Shown in pieces: positions 8,617 through 18,288 of a DNA stretch of 42,931 nucleotides. The notes beneath the pieces are model-generated. The model was not told where the DNA came from and searched no databases. It was given only the letters and a program-made list of their open reading frames with translations. The DNA is from Acidimicrobiia bacterium (lineage in GTDB: Bacteria; Actinomycetota; Acidimicrobiia; Spongiisociales; JAENVV01), in the NCBI GenBank assembly GCA_041628225.1, contig JBFKPQ010000004.1, forward strand, positions 1 to 42,931. The letters run 5' to 3'. A program made the translations under genes and the position numbers. How positions within the stretch are numbered: position 1 is the stretch's first letter; every line of letters starts with the position of its first letter.

Positions 8617-9974
8617 GGCCGGCCGCCGCCATCCCAGCCGCAGTCGGCGGCGGCGGGAGCGGCGATGCCATGGCGGCGATACACGGAGCCGTCGTCGCGG
8701 CCCAGGCTTCGCAGGATCGACTCAACGCCTTCACGTCGATCGAGTCGGCCGATTCGCTCCCGACCGAGCTGCCCCGCGGCCCGCTCGCCGGGGTACCGAT
8801 CGCCCTCAAGGACCTGATCGATCATGCCGGCCGGATCACGACCTGCGGCTCGTCGTTCTACCGCCACCACGCCACGGAGTCTGCTCCGGTCGTCGACCGG
8901 TTGGAGGCCGCCGGTGCGACCGTGATCGGGCGCACAGGCCTCCACGAATTCGCGTTCGGCTTCTCGTCTGAGAACCCCTGGTTCGGTCCGGTGAAAAATC
9001 CCTGGAACGAGCAGTGGTCTCCAGGCGGTTCGTCGGGTGGCAGCGCCGCGGCTGTCGCGGCCGGCATCGTGCCGGTCGCCCTCGGCACCGACACCGGGGG
9101 GTCAGTCCGGGTACCGGCCGCATTGTGCGGCATCGTCGGCCTGAAGGTCACCCACGGACGGATCCCGCTGCGCGGCGTCTTTCCGCTCGTCGAGTCGCTC
9201 GACACGGTCGGTCCGCTGGCCCGGACCGTCGACCACGCCGCGCTCGCCTACCGCGTCATGGCGGGCCACGACCCGCACGATCCGTGGTCCGTGCCCGCCG
9301 CCGACACCACACCGCGTCCCGTGTCGCACCTCCGCGGACTCCGGATCGGCGTTCCGCAACCGTGGGTCGCCGAGGCACCGATGACCCTCGATGTCCACGC
9401 CGCTTTCACACATTGCCTTCGGCAACTCGAAGACCTCGGTGCGTCGGTGCGCGAGATCGACGTTCCGCTGCTCCTCCCGCCCGGCTCGGCGGGAGCCATC
9501 ATCGGCGGCGAAGCCGGACCTCTCCATCGAGCGTGGTTCGGTGACCCGGACAAACGTTACGGAGAGGATGTCGAAGAGCGCCTGGCAGACGCCATGGCCG
9601 TCACCGTCGACGACTACGTGGCGGCGCGGCGCTGGCAAGCCGCCCTGCGCCATCAGGTCGACGCCGTGTGGGACACCGTCGACGTGCTCGTGACCCCGAC
9701 CACCGCCGCCCGCCACAAGATCATCGGCGCCGACACGGTCGACGTCGACGGCTCACGCGTCCACTATCGCACCGTCCTGGCGTGGTTCACGGCGCTCGTC
9801 AACCAGACGGGTCTTCCGGCACTCGCCATTCCTCTGGTCCAGCCCGGAGAACCGCCGCCATCGCTGCAGCTGATCGGTCCGCGCTGGTCGGAAGACCGCC
9901 TGCTGGAGATCGGCCGAAGACTCGAGCGGCTCGGCGTGGCCGGGTTTCGCGATCCGAGCGTCGATTTCGCCTGA
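8613..9974 (+). CDS. Amidase-signature family enzyme (GatA/AtzE-like)
   Basis: GTGA overlap with upstream stop; GVPIALKD, SPGGSSGGSAAAVAAG, GTDTGGSVRVPA (Ser-cisSer-Lys triad). Confidence 0.92.
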   Translation: MRPAAAIPAAVGGGGSGDAMAAIHGAVVAAQASQDRLNAFTSIESADSLPTELPRGPLAGVPIALKDLIDHAGRITTCGSSFYRHHATESAPVVDRLEAAGATVIGRTGLHEFAFGFSSENPWFGPVKNPWNEQWSPGGSSGGSAAAVAAGIVPVALGTDTGGSVRVPAALCGIVGLKVTHGRIPLRGVFPLVESLDTVGPLARTVDHAALAYRVMAGHDPHDPWSVPAADTTPRPVSHLRGLRIGVPQPWVAEAPMTLDVHAAFTHCLRQLEDLGASVREIDVPLLLPPGSAGAIIGGEAGPLHRAWFGDPDKRYGEDVEERLADAMAVTVDDYVAARRWQAALRHQVDAVWDTVDVLVTPTTAARHKIIGADTVDVDGSRVHYRTVLAWFTALVNQTGLPALAIPLVQPGEPPPSLQLIGPRWSEDRLLEIGRRLERLGVAGFRDPSVDFA

Positions 9975-10077
9975 CGGGAGTGCTCGCAACGGTAACCTGT
10001 GCGCCGGCGCGCCACGGTATGTGACGCAACCTGGGAGAATTCCCGAACCGATTCGAATACCAAGGACGTGATCCACC

Positions 10078-11943
10078 GTGGCCGAGGACACCGCCACCAT
10101 CGACGAGACGAAACCGGATCAAAGGAACCGGGTGATCATCCGGTTCGCCGGCGATTCCGGTGACGGCATGCAGGTCGCCGGAACGCGCTTCACCGAGGCG
10201 TCGGCCGCCTTCGGCAACGACCTCGCGACGTTCCCGAGCTTCCCCGCCGAGATCCGCGCTCCGGCCGGCACCCTGCCGGGCGTGTCGTCCTTCCAGGTCC
10301 AGATCGCCGACTTCGACATCCTCACGCCTGGCGACGAACCCGACGTGCTCGTGGCCATGAATCCGGCGGCCCTGAAGGCCAACCTCGGCGATCTTCGGCC
10401 GATGGGAACCATCGTCGTGAATCACGAGTCGTTCGACGAGCGGAACCTCGCCAAGGCCGGCTACGAGTCGGACCCACTCACCGACGGATCGCTCAACGGC
10501 TACAAGGTGATCGAGGTCCCGATGGAGACCCTCACGAAGGAAGCCGTCGCCGACACCGGGGTCAGCGGCCGCGACGTGTTGCGCTCCAAGAACATGTTCG
10601 CGCTCGGGTTGATGGCCTGGCTGTTCAGCCGTCCGCTGGAGCCGACCGAGACGTGGATTCGCAGGAAGTTCGCCAAGAAGCCGGAGGTCGTGGCGGCGAA
10701 CGTCGCAGCCCTCAAGGCGGGATACAACTTCGGGTTCACGACCGAGGCGACCAAGACGAGTGTCGTCGAGATCAAGCCGGCCGAATTGCCGCCCGGCGAG
10801 TACACGACCATCTCGGGGAACCTGGCCTTGGCATGGGGGCTCATCGCGGCGAGTCAGGCCGCCGAGCTGCCGCTCTTCTACGGCTCGTACCCGATCACGC
10901 CCGCATCCGACGTCCTCCACGAATTGTCCCGGCACAAGAACTTCGGAGTCCGCACGTTCCAGGCCGAGGACGAGATCGCGGCCATCGCCGCGACGATCGG
11001 CGCGGCTTTCGGAGGTCACCTGGCGGTGACCGGCACGAGCGGGCCCGGACTGGCGCTCAAGTCCGAAGCGCTGTCGCTGGCCTTCATGACCGAACTGCCG
11101 ATGATCGTGATCAACGTCCAACGCGGCGGGCCATCGACGGGCCTGCCCACGAAGCCCGAGCAGTCCGACCTGTTGTTCGCCATGTACGGCCGGCACGGCG
11201 AATCGCCGCTGCCGATCGTCGCCGCCGCCTCGCCATCGGACGCCTACGAAGTGGCCATCGAGGCTGCCCGGCTGGCGCTGACCTTCATGACACCGGTGAT
11301 CATCCTGTCCGACAACAACGTGGCCACCGGCTCCGAGCCGTGGCGCCTCCCGGAGCCGGGCAGCCTGCCGGATCTCGCCGTGCAGTTCGCCACGCAGCCA
11401 AACAGCCCCGACGGCAGCTTCCTCCCCTACCTGCGCGATGCCGACACGTTCGCCCGCCAGTGGGCGATTCCCGGCACGGCCGGTCTGGAACACCGTATCG
11501 GCGGCCTCGAGAAGCAAGAGGTCACCGGCAACGTCTCGTACGACCCCGCCAACCACCAGCTCATGACCGATACCCGGGCTTGGAAGGTCACCAACATCGC
11601 GCAGCACATCCCGGAGCTCGAGGTCGAAGATCCCGACGGGGCCGATCTGCTCGTCATCGGATGGGGTTCGAGCTATCCCGCCATCCGAGCTGCGGTGCAG
11701 AACGCCCGGCGGGCCGGCCACAACGTGGCGAGGGCGCATTTGCGTTACCTGAACCCGTTCCCGCGCAATCTCGGCGACATCCTCCGGTCCTACGACCGGG
11801 TACTCGTTCCCGAACTCAACATGGGTCAGCTGCAACGGCTCTTGCGCGCCGAGTACCTCGTCGACGCCGTCGGCATGCACAAGGTCTCTGCACAGCCGTT
11901 CAAGGTGTCCGAAGTCGAGCAGAAGATCATGGAGATGGCCTGA
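10078..11943 (+). CDS. korA: 2-oxoacid:ferredoxin oxidoreductase subunit alpha (fused gamma-alpha)
   Basis: RFAGDSGDGMQ, FPAEIRAPAGT, YPITPAS, QAEDEIAA, TSGPG, QRGGPSTGLPTK.EQSD. Confidence 0.95.
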   Translation: MAEDTATIDETKPDQRNRVIIRFAGDSGDGMQVAGTRFTEASAAFGNDLATFPSFPAEIRAPAGTLPGVSSFQVQIADFDILTPGDEPDVLVAMNPAALKANLGDLRPMGTIVVNHESFDERNLAKAGYESDPLTDGSLNGYKVIEVPMETLTKEAVADTGVSGRDVLRSKNMFALGLMAWLFSRPLEPTETWIRRKFAKKPEVVAANVAALKAGYNFGFTTEATKTSVVEIKPAELPPGEYTTISGNLALAWGLIAASQAAELPLFYGSYPITPASDVLHELSRHKNFGVRTFQAEDEIAAIAATIGAAFGGHLAVTGTSGPGLALKSEALSLAFMTELPMIVINVQRGGPSTGLPTKPEQSDLLFAMYGRHGESPLPIVAAASPSDAYEVAIEAARLALTFMTPVIILSDNNVATGSEPWRLPEPGSLPDLAVQFATQPNSPDGSFLPYLRDADTFARQWAIPGTAGLEHRIGGLEKQEVTGNVSYDPANHQLMTDTRAWKVTNIAQHIPELEVEDPDGADLLVIGWGSSYPAIRAAVQNARRAGHNVARAHLRYLNPFPRNLGDILRSYDRVLVPELNMGQLQRLLRAEYLVDAVGMHKVSAQPFKVSEVEQKIMEMA

Positions 11944-12947
11944 TGGCGAGCCTGAACTACACCCGCGGCGACTTCCAGACGGACCAGGAGGTCCGCTGGT
12001 GTCCGGGCTGTGGCGACTATACGATCCTCGCCTCCGTCCAGAAGTACCTGGCGGGTGCCGACATGCCCCGAGAGAAGTTCGTCTTCGTCTCCGGGATCGG
12101 TTGTGCCGCCCGGTTCCCCTACTACGTCAACACGTACGGCATGCACTCGATCCATGGCCGTGCCCCGGCGGTGGCGACCGGCCTCGCAACGGCACGCCCC
12201 GATTTGTCGGTCTGGGTTGTCGGGGGTGACGGCGACATGATGTCGATCGGCGGCAACCACCTGGTGCATGCGCTGCGCCGCAACGTCAACCTCAACATCT
12301 TGATGTTCAACAACCAGATCTACGGATTGACGAAGGGCCAGTACTCGCCCACGTCGGAGGTCGGCAAGACGACCAAGTCGTCGCCGATGGGATCCATCGA
12401 CCACCCCTTCAATCCAATGTCGCTCGCGCTGGGCGCCGAGGCCACGTTCGTGGCGCGAACGCTCGACATGGACACGAAGCACACGACAGAGATCCTCAAA
12501 GCCGCGCACGAACACAAGGGTGCGTCGTTCGTCGAGATCTATCAGAACTGCAACGTGTTCAACAACCACGCCTTCATCGCCCTCACCGGCAAGGAAGAAC
12601 GGGATCACAACCGCATCTTCCTCGAGCACGGCAAGCCCGTCACGTTCGGCCCGGACGGCGAACATGCCGTGATCCTCGAAAACGGTGAAGCGAAGATCGT
12701 TCCGACCGGTTCGGTCGATGGGTCACGGATCGTCGTACACGACGTCGAGAACCTCGCGCAGGCGTTCGCGCTCAGCCGGCTGAGCCACAGTCCGACCGGA
12801 CCGACCCCGCTCGGCATCTTCCGCGACAGCCCGCGGGCTACCTACGACGAGGCGGTGAGCCAGCAGATCGCGGCCGCTCAGGCGTCGAAGGGCCCTGGCG
12901 ACATCGACCAGCTGATCCGGTCACTCGGCACGTGGACGGTCGGCTGA
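11943..12947 (+). CDS. korB: 2-oxoacid:ferredoxin oxidoreductase subunit beta
   Basis: TGATG overlap; WCPGCGD, SGIGC, IHGRA, TPP motif GDGD...NNQIYGLTKGQ, QNCNVFN. Confidence 0.95.
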   Translation: MASLNYTRGDFQTDQEVRWCPGCGDYTILASVQKYLAGADMPREKFVFVSGIGCAARFPYYVNTYGMHSIHGRAPAVATGLATARPDLSVWVVGGDGDMMSIGGNHLVHALRRNVNLNILMFNNQIYGLTKGQYSPTSEVGKTTKSSPMGSIDHPFNPMSLALGAEATFVARTLDMDTKHTTEILKAAHEHKGASFVEIYQNCNVFNNHAFIALTGKEERDHNRIFLEHGKPVTFGPDGEHAVILENGEAKIVPTGSVDGSRIVVHDVENLAQAFALSRLSHSPTGPTPLGIFRDSPRATYDEAVSQQIAAAQASKGPGDIDQLIRSLGTWTVG

Positions 12948-13385
12948 CCGCTCCAACCGGTCGACGAATTCGGCCTGGGCGGGGTTGAGCAGACGTCGCG
13001 CCTCGCCCGGCGACACCCAGGCCACCCGATCGATCTCGGGGATCGTCAGTCGGCGTCCGCGCCATTCGACTTCGACGGTGTTCGACACGATGTCGTCGGG
13101 TTCGACATGGCCTTCGACCGCCCAGGCGACCACGACCTTGCCCGATCGCTGGGTGACCTCTCCCAAGGAGACGAACGGGCCTGGCGGGGCGGGAAGCGAT
13201 AGTTCCTCGGTGAACTCCCGACAGGCGGCAGCCAGTTCGTCCTCACCGGGTTCGAGCTCGCCCTTCGGGATCGACCAGGCGCCCTCGTTCCGCTTGGCCC
13301 AGAACGGGCCGCCCGGATGGGCGATGAGCACCTCCAGGCCGCGTCCGATCCGATACACGAGAAGGCCGGCGGCACGCCGCGGCAT
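12921..13385 (-). CDS. NUDIX hydrolase
   Basis: HPGGPFW...WSIPKGE and Nudix box GELEPGEDELAAACREFTEEL; PEIDR. Confidence 0.9.
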   Translation of the reverse strand: MPRRAAGLLVYRIGRGLEVLIAHPGGPFWAKRNEGAWSIPKGELEPGEDELAAACREFTEELSLPAPPGPFVSLGEVTQRSGKVVVAWAVEGHVEPDDIVSNTVEVEWRGRRLTIPEIDRVAWVSPGEARRLLNPAQAEFVDRLERSADRPRAE

Positions 13386-14053
13386 CAGAGGTGCTTTCCG
13401 GCTTCCCGCCGGGACAGGCCCGAGAGCTCGTCACCGTACCGGTCGAGATAAGCTCGGACGGCATCCGGGTTGGTCCACGCGTATTGGCGGAGCGCCCAGC
13501 CGATGGCCTTGCGGATGAAGAACTCCCGTTCGGGAGCCAACCGGGTGCACAGCTCGAACAGCAGGTCGGTGTCGGTCGCCTCCTTGTGGCGCAGCTGGCA
13601 GATCAACGACGTCCTGCGCAACCACAGGTCGTCGTCGTGTGACCAGGCGACCATCGTCGGTGTCAGCGCAGCACGTTCGGCGGCCAGCACGCCTCCGACG
13701 AGGTCGGCTGCGACCGGGTCGACGAGATCCCACCAGGCGCCTTCGACGATCATCTTCCGATACAGCGGAACCGACGCCGACACGATGTGTGCAGGATGCA
13801 GGATGGCGTAGTCGATCGCCGCGTACTTCTCTTCTCGGTGCGGCTGTTGCCACAGGTCCGCCACGGTATGCAGGTAGTCGGTGTGGGAAGCGGCAGGAGC
13901 CGCTTTCACGAGCCGCTTCACGATCGAGCGGCGCGGCGCGGCTTGTACGCCGTAGAACGGCATGTCGGTCTTCAGGTAGGCCGCCATCGCCTGCGCCTTG
14001 TCTGGGTCGGCGAGCGCAGCCAACTCGTTCCGAACGTGTTCGACGACGTCCAT
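13385..14053 (-). CDS. DNA alkylation repair protein (AlkD-like HEAT-repeat glycosylase)
   Basis: MAAYLK, REEKY, WWDLVD, LWLRR, EFFIRKAIGWALRQY, LSRREA.KHL. Start ATG 14053 inferred. Confidence 0.9.
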   Translation of the reverse strand: MDVVEHVRNELAALADPDKAQAMAAYLKTDMPFYGVQAAPRRSIVKRLVKAAPAASHTDYLHTVADLWQQPHREEKYAAIDYAILHPAHIVSASVPLYRKMIVEGAWWDLVDPVAADLVGGVLAAERAALTPTMVAWSHDDDLWLRRTSLICQLRHKEATDTDLLFELCTRLAPEREFFIRKAIGWALRQYAWTNPDAVRAYLDRYGDELSGLSRREAGKHL

Positions 14054-14063
14054 AGCTCCGATG

Positions 14064-14609
14064 CTACGGCGTGAACGAACCGACCTCGTCGCCGTTGAGG
14101 TACACCGTCCAATCACCCTCGGAGTAGGAACCGAGCGGGATCGACAGGTCGAAAGGTTCGAGCACCTGGATGCAGTTGGTCTTCGGATCGGACACCGACG
14201 CCAGCATGACATCGATCCGTCCCGCACCCTGGTCGACCTGCCACATCAGCCGGTGACACGGGGTGGGCAGGTTCCCGGACACCGCCAAGAACACCTGGAT
14301 GGGCCACGACTCGGCGACCAGCACCTCGGCCGAGTCGACGAAGACGGGCCCGACATCTCCCACAAGACCGTCGGGCGGAACCGTCGGGGGTACGTCAGGC
14401 ATGGTGACCGGGGGCAGGGTGCCGGGTGGCGGCGCGGTAGCCGGCGGCACCGTCGTCGGTGTCGTGGCTCCGGGCCTCGTGGTAGGCGGGGCCGACGACT
14501 GGCTGGGCTGGGTGGTGGGTACCGAGGTTCCGCCCGGGTCGCCGGCCGTCACGTCGGCCGCGCACGCCCCCAGGAGAAGAAGACCGGCGAGAAGCAGCGG
14601 TTTGATCAT
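14064..14609 (-). CDS. Lipoprotein of unknown function
   Basis: Lipobox LGAC, Pro/Thr linker, C-terminal beta-rich domain with two Cys (GNLPTPC; CIQVLEPF). Confidence 0.8.
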   Translation of the reverse strand: MIKPLLLAGLLLLGACAADVTAGDPGGTSVPTTQPSQSSAPPTTRPGATTPTTVPPATAPPPGTLPPVTMPDVPPTVPPDGLVGDVGPVFVDSAEVLVAESWPIQVFLAVSGNLPTPCHRLMWQVDQGAGRIDVMLASVSDPKTNCIQVLEPFDLSIPLGSYSEGDWTVYLNGDEVGSFTP

Positions 14610-14648
14610 GTTCTTGAGACGTCCAGGGAGGCACCGACGGTTCCCAGG

Positions 14649-16247
14649 CTACGCCAGGGCCACGAGATCGAGCATCGCTTCGTCGAAGTACTCCATCGTT
14701 CCGTCGGGCATGAAGATCGCCTTGTCGGGCGACAGTTCGGCCACGAAGTCGGTGTCGTGGCTGACGAGCACGATGGTTCCCTCATACACCCGCAGCGCGG
14801 CGAGCAGCGCCTCCTTGGCCTGCGGGTCGAGGTTGTTGGTAGGCTCGTCGAGCAGGAGCACGTTGGGCCGCGCCACGACGAGCTGCGACAGCGCCAGCTT
14901 GGTCTTCTCTCCACCCGAGAGCGTGCCGGCGTCCTGATCGACCTTGTCGGCCAGCAGGAAGTGCCCGAGCAGGGTGCGCAAGGTGAGGTCGGTCTCGGCG
15001 CTGACCGCCCGCAGGTGATCGAAAACCTTCACCCCCGACCGGATCTGTTCGTGTTCCTGGGCGTAGTAGCCGACCGTCGTGTTGTGACCGAGCTCCAACT
15101 CACCGAGGTCGGGGGTCTCGACACCGGCGAGAATCCTCAACAGCGTCGTCTTACCGGCACCGTTCAAGCCCATGATGATGATGCGTTCACCGCGGGTGGT
15201 GTCCACGTCGACATCGACGAAGACGACATTCTCGCCGAATGCCTTGGCGAGCCCGCTGGCCCGTAACGGGGTCTTTCCCGAAGGCTCGGGCTGCGGGAAC
15301 TTCACCGACACCGACTTGCCGCGCGACCCGACTTCCACGAGTTCATCCCGTAAGCGATCGGCACGAGTCTCCATCGTCTTGGCCTTGCGAGCCATCTTCT
15401 CCGTGGTTCCCTTGAACCGTCGGATGGTCTCCTCCATCTGCGCCAGCTTCACATCCTGCGTGCGGCGTTCCCGAGCCCGCTGTGCGCGTCGCTTCTCGCG
15501 CTCGATCAGATAGTGGCTGTAGTTGCCGCGGTACGGTTCGAGCTGGCCACCTTCGAGCGCGAGCACCGACGTGATCGACTGGTCGAGCAGCGGCAGGTCG
15601 TGGCTGACCACCAGGACTCCGCCCTTGTACGCGGCCAGGTGTTCCATGAGCCACGCCTTGGCGTCGAGGTCGAGATGATTGGTGGGCTCGTCGAGGAGCA
15701 GCACGTCGGTTTCCATGAAGAGCAGCCGGGCGAGCTCGACTCGGCGGCGCTGGCCGCCGGACATCGACACCACGCTCTGGGTCAGCTCGTCGTTGCCGAT
15801 GCCAAGCGCCGCCGCGATCTGCTTGGCCTCGGCTTCGAGTTTGAGGCCGCCCTTGGCCTGGAATTCGTCGTTCAGACGTGAGAACCGGCGGATGGCCACA
15901 GCCTGTTCGTCACCTTCGAGGCCCTCGATACGGCTGCGAGCTTCTTCGATGCGGCGCTGCATACCTCCGACATCACGGGCCGCCAGGATGCGCTCGAGTC
16001 CCGTGGCGCCGGGGTGATCGAGTTCGCCGAGCGCTGCGTCCTGCGAGAAGTAGCCGACCGCTCCGGTCCGGAGGATCGTCCCGCCGGCGGGCTCCAGGCG
16101 GCCGATGAGCGTGCGCATCAGCGTCGTCTTGCCCGCGCCGTTCCGGCCCACGAGGCCGATCTTGTCTCCGGCCTGGAGGGTGAAGGAGGCACCGTCGAGC
16201 AGCACTCGAACGCCGGCCTCGATACGCACGTCTCGTACGAGCAGCAT
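14649..16247 (-). CDS. ABC-F family ATPase (ribosome-associated)
   Basis: Two NBDs (GRNGAGKT/MSGGQ/LLDEPTNHLD; GLNGAGKT/LSGGE/LLDEPTNNLD), GNYS linker, no TM segments. Confidence 0.95.
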   Translation of the reverse strand: MLLVRDVRIEAGVRVLLDGASFTLQAGDKIGLVGRNGAGKTTLMRTLIGRLEPAGGTILRTGAVGYFSQDAALGELDHPGATGLERILAARDVGGMQRRIEEARSRIEGLEGDEQAVAIRRFSRLNDEFQAKGGLKLEAEAKQIAAALGIGNDELTQSVVSMSGGQRRRVELARLLFMETDVLLLDEPTNHLDLDAKAWLMEHLAAYKGGVLVVSHDLPLLDQSITSVLALEGGQLEPYRGNYSHYLIEREKRRAQRARERRTQDVKLAQMEETIRRFKGTTEKMARKAKTMETRADRLRDELVEVGSRGKSVSVKFPQPEPSGKTPLRASGLAKAFGENVVFVDVDVDTTRGERIIIMGLNGAGKTTLLRILAGVETPDLGELELGHNTTVGYYAQEHEQIRSGVKVFDHLRAVSAETDLTLRTLLGHFLLADKVDQDAGTLSGGEKTKLALSQLVVARPNVLLLDEPTNNLDPQAKEALLAALRVYEGTIVLVSHDTDFVAELSPDKAIFMPDGTMEYFDEAMLDLVALA

Positions 16248-16301
16248 GGGAACGGAGAAATGGTAACCGGCCCCTGACCGAATCCAGCCGAGTTTCGGGT
16301 T

Positions 16302-17210
16302 CTACCCCTTGACGGAACCCGCCGTGAGCCCGCTGATCATGTAGCGCTGAAGCGAGAAGAACAGCACGAGGATCGGCAGAGACATGACGATCGACATGGC
16401 GGCGAACTCCGACCAAGGCGTCGTGAACTGGCCCTGCATGGAACGCAACGCCATGGCGAGAGTGAACCGATCCGGATCCTCCAAGAACACCCAGGCGAGG
16501 ATGAACTCGGTCCAACCGGCCATGAACGAGATCAACACGGTCACCGCCAATGCAGGCGCCGACAGGGGCAGAATCACTCGCAGGAACGCCTGATAGGGCG
16601 TCGCTCCGTCGACGAGGGCCGCTTCTTCGAGGTCCTTCGGGACCGTGTCGAAGTACCCCTTCAGGTTCCACACCGCGAACGGCAACGCGCCGGCCGCATA
16701 CGCAATCGCCAATCCGAGCAGCGTGGTGCGGAGCGACTCGCCGGCGAACTTGAGCTGTGACATGAGCACGAAGAGCGGGGCCAGCACGCCGGTGGCCGGC
16801 ATCATCAGCAGCACGACGAACCCGAGCATCCCCGCCTGACGACCGATGAATTTGAACCGCGAGAACGCGTAGGCCGCCGAGGCACCCAGCCCGACCGCGA
16901 ACAGGGCCGTCCCCAACGCCACGAGAACGCTGTTCCACAGGAGCTTCGAGAAGGTCATGCAGGAGCCGACGTCGCCGGGATTGGTGCAGAGCAGCCGGAA
17001 CGGCTCGAAGAGCACCTTGCGGAACGCGTCGAACGACGCACCTGGCGGGATGAGCGTCAGTTCGAGGGGTTTCGAGATGTTCCGCGGGTCGAGCGCCAGG
17101 GACATGATCCAGATGACCGGGAACACCACGATGGCCAGGACCAGGAGCAGGATGGCCTGAACGCCGATCTGTCGGACCACCTCCTTGCGGGTCCAGCGTC
17201 GCTCACGCAT
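16302..17210 (-). CDS. Carbohydrate ABC transporter permease (MalG-like)
   Basis: AAYAFSRFKF, LKGYFDTVPKDLEEAALVDGA (EAA loop), SGLTAGSVKG C-terminus. Confidence 0.93.
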   Translation of the reverse strand: MRERRWTRKEVVRQIGVQAILLLVLAIVVFPVIWIMSLALDPRNISKPLELTLIPPGASFDAFRKVLFEPFRLLCTNPGDVGSCMTFSKLLWNSVLVALGTALFAVGLGASAAYAFSRFKFIGRQAGMLGFVVLLMMPATGVLAPLFVLMSQLKFAGESLRTTLLGLAIAYAAGALPFAVWNLKGYFDTVPKDLEEAALVDGATPYQAFLRVILPLSAPALAVTVLISFMAGWTEFILAWVFLEDPDRFTLAMALRSMQGQFTTPWSEFAAMSIVMSLPILVLFFSLQRYMISGLTAGSVKG

Positions 17211-18219
17211 CGTACGACTCCGTTGCGCGCGTGAGCCGGTTCTGCGCCAGCGTGATGATCAGCAAAATGAAGAACACAATGATGGCGAAGGCCGACGCCA
17301 CGCCGTAGACGCGATTCTCGAACACGAGTTTGAAGGCCTGGGTGACGAGGATCTCGGTCCGGCCACCCGGGTCGCCTTCCGAGATGAAGTAGATCACGTT
17401 GAACTGGTTGAACGTCCAGATCGAGCCCAGCATGATCGCCGGCACCATGGCCGGCCGGATCATGGGCACCGTCACCGTCCGGAAACGCTGCCACGCATTG
17501 GCGCCATCGATGTCGGCCGCCTCGTACAGGTCGGACGGGATCGACAACAGTGCTCCGGAGGCCACGACCATCATGAACGGCCATCCGAGCCAGGTGTTGG
17601 CGAGGAGCACGGCGTAGAACGCCAGAGGAAGCCATTCGAGGAGCCCCCCGAACGGGGCTGCCACTTGATTCAGCCAGTCGATGTCCATGCCCAACAGCTG
17701 GTTGATCGCTCCGAAGTCGCGGTCGAACATGTTTCGCCAGGTGAGGGCCGAGATGTAGGCCGGCAACGCCCAGGGGATGACGAACATCGCCCGATAGAAA
17801 CGTCGGAACAGCACGCGCTTCTGGTTCAACAACATCGCCAGACCGACCCCGATCGCCACGTGGAGAAACACGTTCGTGAAGGTCCAGACGAGGTTGAAGG
17901 CCAGGGTCCGACCGAAGTTGTAGTCGGGGATGTTCAGGTCGTTCTGGATGATGCGTTCGTAGTTCTGCAGCCCGATGAATTCCGGCCCGAACTGGTCCCA
18001 GGTGGTTGGGTCGAACACGTTGAACCGCAGGTTCTGGGCCCGGAAGTTCGTGAACGACAGCCACACCTGGAACAACTGAGGCAAGAACGAGATGAACAGC
18101 ATGATCACGCCGGCCGGCGCGATGTAGAACCACGGACCCCACGACTCGCGCAGACGCCGCCGCAAGGATGGACGGTGGGGTGCGACGGGTGCGACGATCT
18201 GGGCCACGACGGCGACCAA
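17203..18219 (-). CDS. Carbohydrate ABC transporter permease (MalF-like)
   Basis: PWALP, NTWLGWPFMM, LYEAADIDGA (EAA loop), FNQFNVIY; exact start uncertain (TTG 18219). Confidence 0.93.
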   Translation of the reverse strand: MVAVVAQIVAPVAPHRPSLRRRLRESWGPWFYIAPAGVIMLFISFLPQLFQVWLSFTNFRAQNLRFNVFDPTTWDQFGPEFIGLQNYERIIQNDLNIPDYNFGRTLAFNLVWTFTNVFLHVAIGVGLAMLLNQKRVLFRRFYRAMFVIPWALPAYISALTWRNMFDRDFGAINQLLGMDIDWLNQVAAPFGGLLEWLPLAFYAVLLANTWLGWPFMMVVASGALLSIPSDLYEAADIDGANAWQRFRTVTVPMIRPAMVPAIMLGSIWTFNQFNVIYFISEGDPGGRTEILVTQAFKLVFENRVYGVASAFAIIVFFILLIITLAQNRLTRATESYDA

Positions 18220-18235
18220 GTTAGCCGTTAACGCG

Positions 18236-18263
18236 GTGGGAGGCGGCTCGCGCCGCCTCCCAC
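18236..18263 (-). terminator. Intercistronic stem-loop after the solute-binding gene (mRNA stabiliser or partial terminator)
   Basis: Perfect 12-bp stem GTGGGAGGCGGC/GCCGCCTCCCAC with GCGA (GNRA) loop on the minus strand; no U-tract. Confidence 0.7.
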
Positions 18264-18288
18264 TCGTATCGAAGCCGATCGGGTCAGA

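Noticed and set aside
9799-11880. Long antisense or alternate-frame ORFs (e.g. 693 aa opposite korA; also 21140-22744, 25843-27363, 28335-29762, 33012-34586, 40415-42160)
   Set aside because: Shadow ORFs expected from high GC3 codon bias; they mirror well-supported genes and contain no recognisable motifs.
14649-16247. ABC-F as the missing ATPase of the sugar transporter or as an antibiotic-resistance gene
   Set aside because: The tandem-NBD ABC-F architecture is not MalK-like, it has its own -10-like TACCAT, and nothing visible assigns it to an ARE subfamily.
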